From an uncultured Deinococcales bacterium (GTDB lineage: Bacteria > Deinococcota > Deinococci > Deinococcales > JAAFIG01): 26,578 nt of DNA. Of this stretch, positions 15,989-24,335 are shown piece after piece (positions within the stretch are counted from its first letter, which is position 1; every line of letters begins with the position of its first letter). The notes below the pieces were generated by a model. That model worked only from the letters and a program-made list of their open reading frames with translations. It ran no database searches and was not told where the DNA came from. The translations under genes were made by a program, and so were the position numbers. The DNA is taken from assembly GCA_964247135.1 (NCBI GenBank), contig CAXTTL010000042.1, forward strand, positions 1-26,578, given 5' to 3'.

Positions 15989-16749
15989 GCCTCAACCTCG
16001 TGACCCTGCTGGGGGCGATCGCCAAACCCCCCATCTTCAACCAAACCGCCAAAGGGGTCGCGGTCTGCAATGTGGTGCTGGGCGGCTCTGAAGACATCGT
16101 CTTGCTCGATCGGCGCCTCAGCTCGGTCACCTGGACCCACAACGTGACCTTGTTTGGGCAAGACGCCGAATTGTTGCGCGGCGCCAACGAGGGCGAGGCA
16201 TTGTTTGTCAGCGGTTCACTCGAGTACCGCAGTTGGGATGCGGGCAACAGCAAGCAACTGCGCGTCCGCGCCAGGTTCGTCGAATTTCTCGAGCGCGACT
16301 CGAGCAGCGTCACTCGAGACCAAAGCGGCTTTTCGCTCAAGTTCGCCAAAAATGAAGTTCAATTCAACGGCACCCTGACCCGCCCGCCAACCAGCGGGGT
16401 GATGCCCAACCGAGCGCCCTACTGCAACCTCACCGTGGCGATCAACGACTCATGGTTTGACCGAGCAAGCCAGAAGTGGAACAGCGCCGACCATTACGTC
16501 GATGTCGTGCTCCACGATGCCCTGGGACACCTCGCGGCGACGTTCGAGCAGGACCAAGCGGTCTACGTGGTCGGACGGTTGATCAATGATCCGTGGACGG
16601 GCGCGTCCGGTGAGGCAAGGTTCAAAACCAAAGTCTTTGGCAGCGACCTCGAGGCACTGATCAGGCGACCAAAATTGCTCGATTCAGCCCTGGACCTTGA
16701 CCCGTATGCCGCGAACCCGTCACAAAATGATATCATCGGGACAATTTAA
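15985..16749 (+). CDS. ssb: Single-stranded DNA-binding protein, two OB folds (Deinococcus/Thermus type)
   Basis: OB1: LNLVTLLGAIAKPP...GSLEYRSW. OB2: NEVQFNGTLTRPP...HYVDVVL...GRLINDPW. It lacks the C-terminal DDLPF tip. Confidence 0.88.
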   Translation: MSLNLVTLLGAIAKPPIFNQTAKGVAVCNVVLGGSEDIVLLDRRLSSVTWTHNVTLFGQDAELLRGANEGEALFVSGSLEYRSWDAGNSKQLRVRARFVEFLERDSSSVTRDQSGFSLKFAKNEVQFNGTLTRPPTSGVMPNRAPYCNLTVAINDSWFDRASQKWNSADHYVDVVLHDALGHLAATFEQDQAVYVVGRLINDPWTGASGEARFKTKVFGSDLEALIRRPKLLDSALDLDPYAANPSQNDIIGTI

Positions 16750-16769
16750 CATTTAAAGGAATGAAATGT

Positions 16770-18428
16770 ATGCTTCAACACGCGAACAATCCAAGCTACA
16801 ATTTTAAAATTCCTGAACCGCCCAGCAGTATCACCTTCAGAAACCAACAGCGTTCAGCTTACGATAGTGTTTTCACGCATTTACAGCAGGGACATCGTCG
16901 TCAACTGCTGAACTTTCCAACCGGATATGGCAAAACGAAAACTGCTGCGGCAATTTGTGGCGCTTTTCGTCGAACCCTGTTCTTGGTACATCAAAAAAAC
17001 TTACTCTACCAAGCGGTCAACGCCTTTAAGGAAGCCTACCCAAAGGCGAGTGTCGGCATCATCTGGCAAGGTCAAACCGATTACACCAGCGATTTTGTGG
17101 TTGGCATGATCCCCAGCGTCGTCAACAGACTCGAGCATATCCCTCGAGATGCCTTTGATTGCGTGATCGTCGACGAGGCGCACCACGCCGGATCGAAGGT
17201 CTGGATCAAGGTCATCGAATATTTCGGCTACACACTCAGACTCGGCTTGAGCGCCACCCCAGAACGCCTCGACGGGGTCAGCCTCGCCAGCATCTTTGAC
17301 GTGGTCGCCTACTCGGTCAGCGTTCGGCAGGCAGTCCTCGAGGGGGCGCTCGCCAAACCACTCGCCAAACAGGTCAAAACCCATGTCGACATCACCCAAG
17401 TCAACACGTCTGGCGACGACTTAAACCAAAAAGAACTCGGTGCCTGCATCAACATCGATCAGCGCAACCAACTGATCGTCAACACGTATCTGCAACACGC
17501 TAGAGACCGAAAAACCCTGGTCTTCAGCGCCAGCATCAAACACGCCCAGGCACTTGCCAAAATCTTCATCGCGGCGGGCGTTCGAGCCGACGCCGTCTGG
17601 GGAGATGACCCCATGCGAGACATGAAACTCGCGGACTTCAAAGCAAACCGAACCGAAGTTCTGATCAATGCCAGTTTGCTGATCGAAGGTTACGACGACG
17701 ACACGATCAATGCCATCTTCATGGCGACGCCAACCAAGTCACGCATCAAATACCAGCAGTGCATCGGTCGCGGGCTGCGCTGGCTGATCGACAAGGTCAA
17801 TTGCCTGGTCGTGGACTTTGTCGACAACGTCAAAAAGGGCAAGCACCAACTGGTCGGCTTGTGGGACTTTTTTGGCAAACGAATGCGCACCAAGAAGGAA
17901 AAAGAGGACGGCGAAATTGAACTCGAGATTGACCAGATCGCCGACGCGATGAATAGTGAAAACGCCGAACAACGCTTCAACGAACTGTTTGGCGGCACGC
18001 TCGACACGAGCAATTTGCTCGAGGAGGTCGAGCTGCTGATCCCGCCTCCAGACAGCGACGCGGAAACCTGGCATATCGGCGCTCGAGCCTGGGAGAAAGA
18101 CCCAGCCACGCCAAACCAGTTGGAACGCCTCAAAATGGCTGGTTTTGATGTTCAGGAAGCTGTTTACACCAAAGGCGAAGCCAGCCACTTGATTGACCGG
18201 ATGGACGCCAGCAACGCCCAGAAAAAACTCTTGCTCGGTTACGGGTTCGACGTCCTGAACTACCCATGGACGTATCAAGCCGCCAGCAACACCATCAGTG
18301 AGGCCAAACGAAGCGGACGGGTGCCCAATTGGGAACGCATCAAGCGCCTGACCAAACCGGGCACGGCGCCCAAGTACACGCCAACCAAAGCCCCACAAAA
18401 AACGTCGTTTAAAAGGAGCAACCCGTGA
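16770..18428 (+). CDS. SF2 DEAD/DEAH-box helicase (ResIII/Irc3-like); start 16770 (alt. 16761)
   Basis: PTGYGKT, DEAHH, SATP, EGYD and QCIGRGLR. Two short C-terminal repeats: ATPNQ...TKGEASHLID and ASNAQ...TYQAASNTIS. Confidence 0.9.
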   Translation: MLQHANNPSYNFKIPEPPSSITFRNQQRSAYDSVFTHLQQGHRRQLLNFPTGYGKTKTAAAICGAFRRTLFLVHQKNLLYQAVNAFKEAYPKASVGIIWQGQTDYTSDFVVGMIPSVVNRLEHIPRDAFDCVIVDEAHHAGSKVWIKVIEYFGYTLRLGLSATPERLDGVSLASIFDVVAYSVSVRQAVLEGALAKPLAKQVKTHVDITQVNTSGDDLNQKELGACINIDQRNQLIVNTYLQHARDRKTLVFSASIKHAQALAKIFIAAGVRADAVWGDDPMRDMKLADFKANRTEVLINASLLIEGYDDDTINAIFMATPTKSRIKYQQCIGRGLRWLIDKVNCLVVDFVDNVKKGKHQLVGLWDFFGKRMRTKKEKEDGEIELEIDQIADAMNSENAEQRFNELFGGTLDTSNLLEEVELLIPPPDSDAETWHIGARAWEKDPATPNQLERLKMAGFDVQEAVYTKGEASHLIDRMDASNAQKKLLLGYGFDVLNYPWTYQAASNTISEAKRSGRVPNWERIKRLTKPGTAPKYTPTKAPQKTSFKRSNP

Positions 18429-18706
18429 AAAGGAAGATCACCGGCATCCTCAACCCAACCCTCGCCAAACAATTTGACCCAGGCTGGCTCGAGGCATTGA
18501 AACTCAAAGACAACAGCAAAATCACGCTCGAGCTGACCAACACCGGCATCACCATCAGTTCGTATGAATCGGTGCTCGATTCGGTCAGGGGAATTTTCGC
18601 GGTCAGCAACCCCAAGCCCAAAGCGGAAAAACTCAGAATCGCCCCAGCAACGATCCCGCCAGCCGAAACAACGCCCAATGCGCCAGGGGAGCAAACAAAT
18701 GCTTAA
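18425..18706 (+). CDS. AbrB/MazE-like antitoxin-type protein, divergent (93 aa)
   Basis: WLEALKLKDNSKITLELTNTGITI resembles the second half of the AbrB/MazE fold. RBS AAGGAG. It precedes a PIN-like ORF. Confidence 0.55.
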   Translation: MKRKITGILNPTLAKQFDPGWLEALKLKDNSKITLELTNTGITISSYESVLDSVRGIFAVSNPKPKAEKLRIAPATIPPAETTPNAPGEQTNA

Positions 18707-18971
18707 CAGTCAAAACCTGGCAAAATTCCTGCGCGGCGAACCGGCGACCGAACTCGAACAGGTTCTAAAAAACGGCTCGAGCACCATCTCGACCGTGACC
18801 GTGATGGAACTGTGCCACGAGATGGCAAGCGTCAGCCCAAAGCAAATCCTGGGGGCACTCGATAGGCTCGGCATTGAAATCCAACCCCTCAGCCTCGAGT
18901 TGGCACTGGAATCGGTCAAACACCGCAAGGAACATCCGCTCGAGCAGGCAATCCTCAAAACAATCGCTTGA
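18699..18971 (+). CDS. Degenerate, C-terminally short PIN-domain (VapC-like) protein (90 aa)
   Basis: LAKFLRGEP, ISTVTVMEL and LGIEIQPLSLELA follow the VapC pattern. The first Asp is replaced by Asn and the final TxD motif is absent. Confidence 0.65.
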   Translation: MLNSQNLAKFLRGEPATELEQVLKNGSSTISTVTVMELCHEMASVSPKQILGALDRLGIEIQPLSLELALESVKHRKEHPLEQAILKTIA

Positions 18972-18992
18972 CAACTACGAAACTAATCATCC

Positions 18993-19027
18993 AAAGACCC
19001 TGTGCCACACAGGGTCTTTTGTATTTG
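18993..19027 (+). terminator. Intrinsic terminator
   Basis: AAAGACCCTGTG-cca-CACAGGGTCTTT followed by TGTATTTG. Confidence 0.75.
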
Positions 19028-19082
19028 TGAAAAAACCTCGAAACGAAAATTAGAAACAAATACAGTGACTTTGAGGTGAACC

Positions 19083-19610
19083 ATGAACGAATTAAAGGTA
19101 AATGGCCAAACGCTTTCCATCGAACAAGAACTGCAAAATGCAATTCAAATTAAACATGGCGGAGTTCGCGCAAGAAGAAAGGCAGTGAAAGTGTTGACAC
19201 AAGCGTATATGCCGATTGCAAGTTACGTGGCACAACAAGTTCACGCAAGTTTGGTGTTTCACTGGAAACCGTTATCTGTCGAAGCAATAATTGATTTCGC
19301 ACAACAATTGACCAAGGTGGCGGTCAAAAAATTGCGGCGACCAATGTGGGCAGATGACGCTCCAAATTTCAGAGAAGGTTTTGTTCTCGAACTGCTAGAG
19401 TTATTGAGACACGGTTTGGCGATGGATTATTGCACGTTTGACTACCAACTGCTCACTTCGCGCGAAAAACAACACCGTACAGAGCACGATCTGAAAATGA
19501 TCATGTTCAAAAACTTTGAGTTGTTTGAAACGATTTGGATGGTTCCGGACAGACAAGTGAAAGCCGTTAACCGTTTTCTTAGTAGTTTCGATAACACTCA
19601 GGCTGCCTAA
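19083..19610 (+). CDS. Hypothetical protein resembling sigma-70 regions 1.2-2 (175 aa)
   Basis: RBS GAGGTG. The pattern LSIEQELQNAIQIKHG...AVKVLTQAYMPIASYVAQQV...LSVEAII...AVKKL aligns with sigma regions 1.2, 2.1 and 2.2. The CDS call is more secure than the sigma call. Confidence 0.6.
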   Translation: MNELKVNGQTLSIEQELQNAIQIKHGGVRARRKAVKVLTQAYMPIASYVAQQVHASLVFHWKPLSVEAIIDFAQQLTKVAVKKLRRPMWADDAPNFREGFVLELLELLRHGLAMDYCTFDYQLLTSREKQHRTEHDLKMIMFKNFELFETIWMVPDRQVKAVNRFLSSFDNTQAA

Positions 19611-19754
19611 AGCGACCTGCTGCATGAACAATCGCCACCATTGTTCATGCTCTTTGAAAAATCTAAGCGGTTGGTTTCAGACACGAAAGATTCATCCAAC
19701 CCTGTGAAATTAACTTCAAAAAGCTTGAAAACAATAAATTTACGAAAGGACAAT

Positions 19755-20885
19755 GTGAACCACATCCAACCAAAACCCAATTTTCCGTTTGACAGTTTCC
19801 CCGTGTCACTCGAGCTGCGAATCTTGCGAACCCTCTCCAAAGTGGTCAGTTTGCGTGGACCCGAGGCGTATCAAGCCGTCAACTTCGACAAACAAGTGGA
19901 CGCCGCTGAATTCCACAGGTGCATCGAAGGACTCACATACGCTCAACATCTGGAATCAGACGGTCTGGTCGCGCCGAGCGAGTACGGCATTTTGCCAAAA
20001 GGTTTGCGTCGCCTCGAGCAGCTCGAGGCACGCCACCGTGAGCGGTACATGCAACACCTGGATGCGATGATCTTGAGGACTATCAAGGACAGCCCAAAAC
20101 CCTTGTACGGTTTACAGGTCCAACGGGGCATCAAGACCTTAACGCAAGGCGAATTTGAACCGACTTTGGGCGAACTTTCTCCGCCACTTCATCGCCTAAT
20201 CTTTGCGAATGCCGTGGCCACAGATTTGGCAAAACAAGAGGCACCGCCTCGACCGCCTGTCAGTCACTTCTTGCTCACCCCCAAAGGTGAAGCCTTGCTG
20301 GTCAAGAAAGAAACATCAATGAACAAACCCGGACAGCGCCTCAGCCGCAAAGAACGGCGCCAGCGTCTCAAAATCGGCGCATTGATCATATTGCCTGGAA
20401 TTCTGGGCAGCCTCGCCCTTGGGGTCATGAGCTTCGTCCCCGTACAGAGCAGCGCCAAACTGCTGTCAACCCGTACTGACGGCGTTAAGACCTACCAGGT
20501 CGAGCGCGGTCACACGACTCAACCGGTCGAATACAACGTCCAACCACCAGTCGGCGGCGTCCATTCGCCACGGGTTGCCCCATGTGTGATCGTGGAAACC
20601 TTGATCTCCAGTGAAGAAGCGGTTCACAGCTTGGAGCACGGCGCCGTCTGGATCACCAGCCGCGACGGGTGGAAGGCGGGCGATAAAACCGCGATCGTCA
20701 GCGCCCAAAAGACCTACCCCGCAATCTTGGGCAGCCTCGTGCCTTTTCAAACCAGCCGTTATGTGCTGAGTGCCTGGGGCAAGCAATTGCCGCTCGATAA
20801 GCTTGACCCCAGAAAGCTCGAGCTTTTTTTGAGAGAATTCAGCAACAAGGGACCCGAAATCGTCAACTGTCCCACTGGAAAATAA
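19755..20885 (+). CDS. Fusion: two winged-helix (second PadR-like) domains + TM helix + DUF3105-like domain (376 aa)
   Basis: GTG at 19755 after AAAGGA. PadR-like: LDAMILRTIKDSPKPLYGLQV...LHRL...LTPKG. TM: IGALIILPGILGSLALGVMSF. DUF3105: VEYNVQPPVGGVH, VHSLEHGAVWI, LSAWG, GPE. Confidence 0.75.
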   Translation: MNHIQPKPNFPFDSFPVSLELRILRTLSKVVSLRGPEAYQAVNFDKQVDAAEFHRCIEGLTYAQHLESDGLVAPSEYGILPKGLRRLEQLEARHRERYMQHLDAMILRTIKDSPKPLYGLQVQRGIKTLTQGEFEPTLGELSPPLHRLIFANAVATDLAKQEAPPRPPVSHFLLTPKGEALLVKKETSMNKPGQRLSRKERRQRLKIGALIILPGILGSLALGVMSFVPVQSSAKLLSTRTDGVKTYQVERGHTTQPVEYNVQPPVGGVHSPRVAPCVIVETLISSEEAVHSLEHGAVWITSRDGWKAGDKTAIVSAQKTYPAILGSLVPFQTSRYVLSAWGKQLPLDKLDPRKLELFLREFSNKGPEIVNCPTGK

Positions 20886-20987
20886 CTCGAGTGTTTTGTG
20901 CGGCAAACGCTTGGAGGTGGAAACAAGATTACAAGTATTAATTCGGACAGTAAGCAACAAACCTTAAACGTTTGAAAGGAAGTTGAG

Positions 20988-21491
20988 ATGTCGTTAATTA
21001 AAACTTTTACCCTGAAGCTTATCCCCAGAAGCGCACTGATCGTGACCAGCATATTGATGCTTTCATTGTGCAGCCAAAGTTTTTTAGACAGCGCACCGCC
21101 CGCATCGGAAATTGGTTTTGCGTTGGTGAGCGTATTGCGCGTCTACCTGTGCAGTGTTGGATTGATCTTGGGGGCGGTAGGAAGTACATTCTTCTCGCAA
21201 CATTACAAAACGGTTGAGGGGTACAAAAACAGCCTTGCTGTCTTCCCAATGCCAACTTTTAGTATTTGTTGCATTGCGGTTGTTTCAAGTTTTTACCTGA
21301 TCGATTTTTTAAAACCGCTTATCCAACAGAGTTGGGGAAGCTTCCCCGTCACCTCCTCAGCAAGAGTGTTGTGGTTTGAGCAACGTGCGGCGTTCAGTTT
21401 CTTGTTTTTGCTCGTTTCCACCTTGTTTTTTCACTCGTTCGGGTTGCGAAAATTGGAACCTCCCCAACCTTCAACAATTTCAGCCACTTGA
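20988..21491 (+). CDS. Hypothetical integral membrane protein (about 4 TM)
   Basis: Four hydrophobic segments, RBS AAAGGA, and a T-rich composition. Confidence 0.65.
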   Translation: MSLIKTFTLKLIPRSALIVTSILMLSLCSQSFLDSAPPASEIGFALVSVLRVYLCSVGLILGAVGSTFFSQHYKTVEGYKNSLAVFPMPTFSICCIAVVSSFYLIDFLKPLIQQSWGSFPVTSSARVLWFEQRAAFSFLFLLVSTLFFHSFGLRKLEPPQPSTISAT

Positions 21492-21514
21492 AACTTTGTG
21501 CATCGCAGTAGTCC

Positions 21515-21541
21515 AAATGACCTCAAATCTTGAGGTCATTT
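21515..21541. promoter_or_regulatory. Perfect 12-bp inverted repeat (terminator or operator)
   Basis: AAATGACCTCAA-atc-TTGAGGTCATTT directly upstream of the RBS of the annealing-protein gene. Confidence 0.55.
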
Positions 21542-21561
21542 TACGTTTAGAAAGGAAAATC

Positions 21562-22206
21562 ATGTCCGAAGAAACCAAAATCGCAAAGACCTTTGACCCG
21601 CGAGACCACTTGATCAAACTCGGCAAGAAAGACTATCTTCCCGTCGCGGGGCGGCTGTTGTGGTTGAATTTCGAGTGCCAGAATTTCACCATCGACACCG
21701 AACTGATCGAAATGTCGGACAAACACGCAGTTTTCAAAGCGACTGTCACGATCACTCAAGGTCAGCATTTGCGCAAAGCCAGCTCATACAAGCGAGAAGA
21801 CCAAAATCACTTTCCAGATTCTGTCGAAAAAGCCTGTACCGGCGCAGTCGGTCGTGCCCTGGGAATGCTTGGCTTCGGTACACAATTCACCGACGAGTTC
21901 GACGAGGTCACCAACAAAACCAATCGACAGGTCGACACAGGACGAGAAACGAAGTACAGCAATCAAAAACCACAACATTCGAGTGCCAACGACAAGCAGG
22001 TCGGTGTGGCAAAACTCAAGGGCATCGTAGGCATGGCGGCAAATGCCTTGGGCTGCCAAGGGGAAGCCCTCAACGCCAAAATGCTCGAACACGCTCGAGC
22101 ATTCAATCCCCAGATTCAGCAGTTGGCAGAATTAAACGATGCCCAGGCCACCCAACTCAAAGACCAATTCGTGCAAATGCAACAGCAAGCCCGCCAGCAA
22201 AATTAA
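21562..22206 (+). CDS. Rad52-superfamily-like single-strand annealing protein (phage-type), 214 aa
   Basis: RBS AAAGGA. Motifs KDYLPVAGRL, AVFKATV and EKACTGAVGRALGMLGFG, then a polar linker and small C-terminal helical domain. Confidence 0.7.
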   Translation: MSEETKIAKTFDPRDHLIKLGKKDYLPVAGRLLWLNFECQNFTIDTELIEMSDKHAVFKATVTITQGQHLRKASSYKREDQNHFPDSVEKACTGAVGRALGMLGFGTQFTDEFDEVTNKTNRQVDTGRETKYSNQKPQHSSANDKQVGVAKLKGIVGMAANALGCQGEALNAKMLEHARAFNPQIQQLAELNDAQATQLKDQFVQMQQQARQQN

Positions 22207-22253
22207 CCACCGAACACAGTGTAAAAAACGCATTGCACACCTGAATTGTCGTC

Positions 22254-22259
22254 TAGAAT
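22254..22259 (+). promoter_or_regulatory. -10 box of a leaderless transcript
   Basis: TAGAAT-tttgcc-ATG (22266), with no SD. Confidence 0.55.
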
Positions 22260-22265
22260 TTTGCC

Positions 22266-22667
22266 ATGCCACGCAGTCCGCACAACACCTACCAAGAACC
22301 CATTTTGCCGATCACGCTCGAAGATCACGCTCGCCTGGCTCGAGCCGCACAAATCCTCGACTGCCCCCAACCGCCGCGCACCACAGCCGGTTACGAACGC
22401 AAGGCGCAATTGCTGCTGGTGGCGAGTCTGCTTAACCCTTGTAAAAAAGAGGCGATGGTCGACTTGTTTTACTGGCTCAGCGTCAACGTGGAACAACTCA
22501 AGCATGAACTCGAGCAACCGCACCGGCAAATGGGAGAGACCTCAAAATTGCTCAAGCTCCAAAACCGCGACTTGCTTGGCCTGATCAAGGTTGTCAAGCG
22601 CCGATTGCACCAACAGCGGCAAGCCAGACCGCTGAATCCAATTCGAATTGCCAATCAACTCAACTGA
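22266..22667 (+). CDS. Hypothetical protein (133 aa)
   Basis: Leaderless-type start and a helical/coiled-coil-like C-terminus. Confidence 0.6.
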   Translation: MPRSPHNTYQEPILPITLEDHARLARAAQILDCPQPPRTTAGYERKAQLLLVASLLNPCKKEAMVDLFYWLSVNVEQLKHELEQPHRQMGETSKLLKLQNRDLLGLIKVVKRRLHQQRQARPLNPIRIANQLN

Positions 22668-22843
22668 ATTTGAAGGCATTCGGGCTGACCTGTGAAAAAG
22701 CCGACATCGGATTTTGGGATCTCAAGTAACCTGAATCCGTGCCCAGGATATCAAATCCTAATCAAAAGCACCCCACGTTCCAGATGTTTCGGAACTTGGG
22801 CTTCCGCCTTTTTCCGTCACTGGTTCAAACAAAGGAGCGTACT

Positions 22844-23107
22844 ATGCGTTCGATTTTGGTTATCAGTGAAAACCGTTGCACGGTCAGATTCATTGCCGAG
22901 AGACTTCGTTCACGCGAAGTACTCGAAAGCATGGCTGGCTTTGACTACCTTGAGCTTGAGGATGGTCGAGATTTGATCTGGGCAGACGATTTTCGTCTTC
23001 CGGGTCAAAGAGTGCTCGTCGGAAATCGGCAACCGCATCCCGAAGAGCAGTTCATCCTGTTAACCAGGCATGGACTTTTCCAACGGTGCGTCTGCGTCGT
23101 GGACTAG
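22844..23107 (+). CDS. Hypothetical protein (87 aa)
   Basis: Strong RBS AAGGAG precedes the ATG at 22844. Confidence 0.6.
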   Translation: MRSILVISENRCTVRFIAERLRSREVLESMAGFDYLELEDGRDLIWADDFRLPGQRVLVGNRQPHPEEQFILLTRHGLFQRCVCVVD

Positions 23108-23232
23108 ACGATACTCGTCGGTTCTGATGCTGAGATCAATCAAAAACCTTTGGTTTTTGGTTGATCTTTTCGCGCAAATTTCAGTTAAACTGCCTTCGAA
23201 AAGGCAGTCATATCAGTCTTGGAAAGAGTCAA

Positions 23233-23697
23233 ATGCCCAAAGCCCAACGCCTCAAATTCTTGGTGCTCGACAACCCCAAAGCACCCTTCATCAGCAACGC
23301 CAGGTTCTCGTTTGAGGACAGCCCCGTCATGGCCCAGTACGCGAAAACGATACGGCTCGAGAACCCCCTGTCCTCGGACGGCTTGTTCTTCAACTTGGAA
23401 ACCTCCGCCTCTGGGGACGCCACGATCAGTTTGTGCCGAGACGACTCGGGAACCAACCTGAGAGATTTCTTGCGCAAACCCGTGATGGCTTATGAGGTTT
23501 TTTCACACCGCGACCCCAATCAACGGGTTTATGCCGAGCGCCGCTTTGTACCAGACACCAAATGGGTGCTAACTCGAAACGGTTTGGTCATGGGGCAGCT
23601 TGGCTGGGTGGAAGACGGCTCTGATGAAATCCAGTATTTCCCAAGCGCCGCCAGCGCCAACGCTCGTTTTGAACGTTTCCAAGGAGTCGGTTTATGA
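23233..23697 (+). CDS. Hypothetical protein, tandem paralog B1 (154 aa)
   Basis: Shares FF...GDxT...NLxDxLxKPVxAY...YAER...W...Q.F.SA with the next ORF. Confidence 0.72.
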   Translation: MPKAQRLKFLVLDNPKAPFISNARFSFEDSPVMAQYAKTIRLENPLSSDGLFFNLETSASGDATISLCRDDSGTNLRDFLRKPVMAYEVFSHRDPNQRVYAERRFVPDTKWVLTRNGLVMGQLGWVEDGSDEIQYFPSAASANARFERFQGVGL

Positions 23698-24221
23698 ACG
23701 ACCCTCAAAGTAAAGAACTAAGGCGACTCGAACGGATCAGGCGATTTCAAGACCCAGCTTACGTAGAGACATTTGAAAATCGTCCAACCCGCAAACTGCC
23801 CGTGTTCATCAATCCACACTCGGGCTTTGAAACCCTCGGGACACAAACCATCGCAGGCGAGGCTGCCATTCGGGTCTTCAACACCCTGCTCGAGCAGGGC
23901 AGTTCCATGTTGGAAGAAATTTTCTTTGAGTTCAGTTGCAACGAGGAAGGCGATTGCACGGTCAACCTCAACCAAGACCATCTGCACTTAAACCTCAAAG
24001 ATGAACTGGACAAACCGGTCGTGGCCTACCTCTTAAACGACAATCCTTCACAAGCAATTTACGCCGAGCGGCACTTGCTCGAGGACCAAGAATTTTGGAT
24101 GGTCACCAAGAATCATAAAGCTCTGCTCCAAAACGGTCAATGGGGAGACTTGAACGCACCCGATGTTCAACATTTTCACAGTGCCCTGGATGCAGACAAG
24201 GGTTTTGAACTCGCCAAATAA
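23694..24221 (+). CDS. Hypothetical protein, tandem paralog B2 (175 aa)
   Basis: RBS AAGGAG and ATGA overlap. NLKDELDKPVVAY...IYAERH here versus NLRDFLRKPVMAY...VYAERR in B1. Confidence 0.75.
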   Translation: MNDPQSKELRRLERIRRFQDPAYVETFENRPTRKLPVFINPHSGFETLGTQTIAGEAAIRVFNTLLEQGSSMLEEIFFEFSCNEEGDCTVNLNQDHLHLNLKDELDKPVVAYLLNDNPSQAIYAERHLLEDQEFWMVTKNHKALLQNGQWGDLNAPDVQHFHSALDADKGFELAK

Positions 24222-24247
24222 ACCTTCACCATTCCCGCCAACCTTTG

Positions 24248-24272
24248 AACCTCGAGCATCTCGAGGTTTTTT
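24248..24272 (+). terminator. Intrinsic terminator
   Basis: AACCTCGAG-cat-CTCGAGGTT followed by a T run. Confidence 0.7.
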
Positions 24273-24335
24273 ACTTGGTGCCATCACCTGTCGCCTTTCC
24301 TCGTCGCAAATAATCAGTTCAAAGGAGAATTAATC

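Noticed and set aside
18968-18973. Perfect TTGACA -35 box
   Set aside because: There is no -10 hexamer at 16-18 bp spacing, and it overlaps a stop codon just before a terminator.
21541-21557. Possible Deinococcus RDRM (DdrO) box TTACGTTTAGAAAGGAA
   Set aside because: The right half lacks the conserved C and coincides with the SD sequence, so the match is too weak.
20892-22093. CTCGAG-free gap as evidence of recent acquisition
   Set aside because: With a mean spacing near 280 bp and about 95 intervals, roughly one gap of 1.2 kb is expected by chance. The T-richness is explained by a membrane protein.
21562-22206. Calling the annealase ddrA
   Set aside because: It lacks the DdrA motifs I know (APFP, DARxVxDRLD, SDAxKR). 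Only superfamily-level similarity is supportable.
22668-22843. Possible riboswitch or ncRNA in the intergenic region
   Set aside because: Only short 5-bp stems are visible and I recognise no aptamer consensus.
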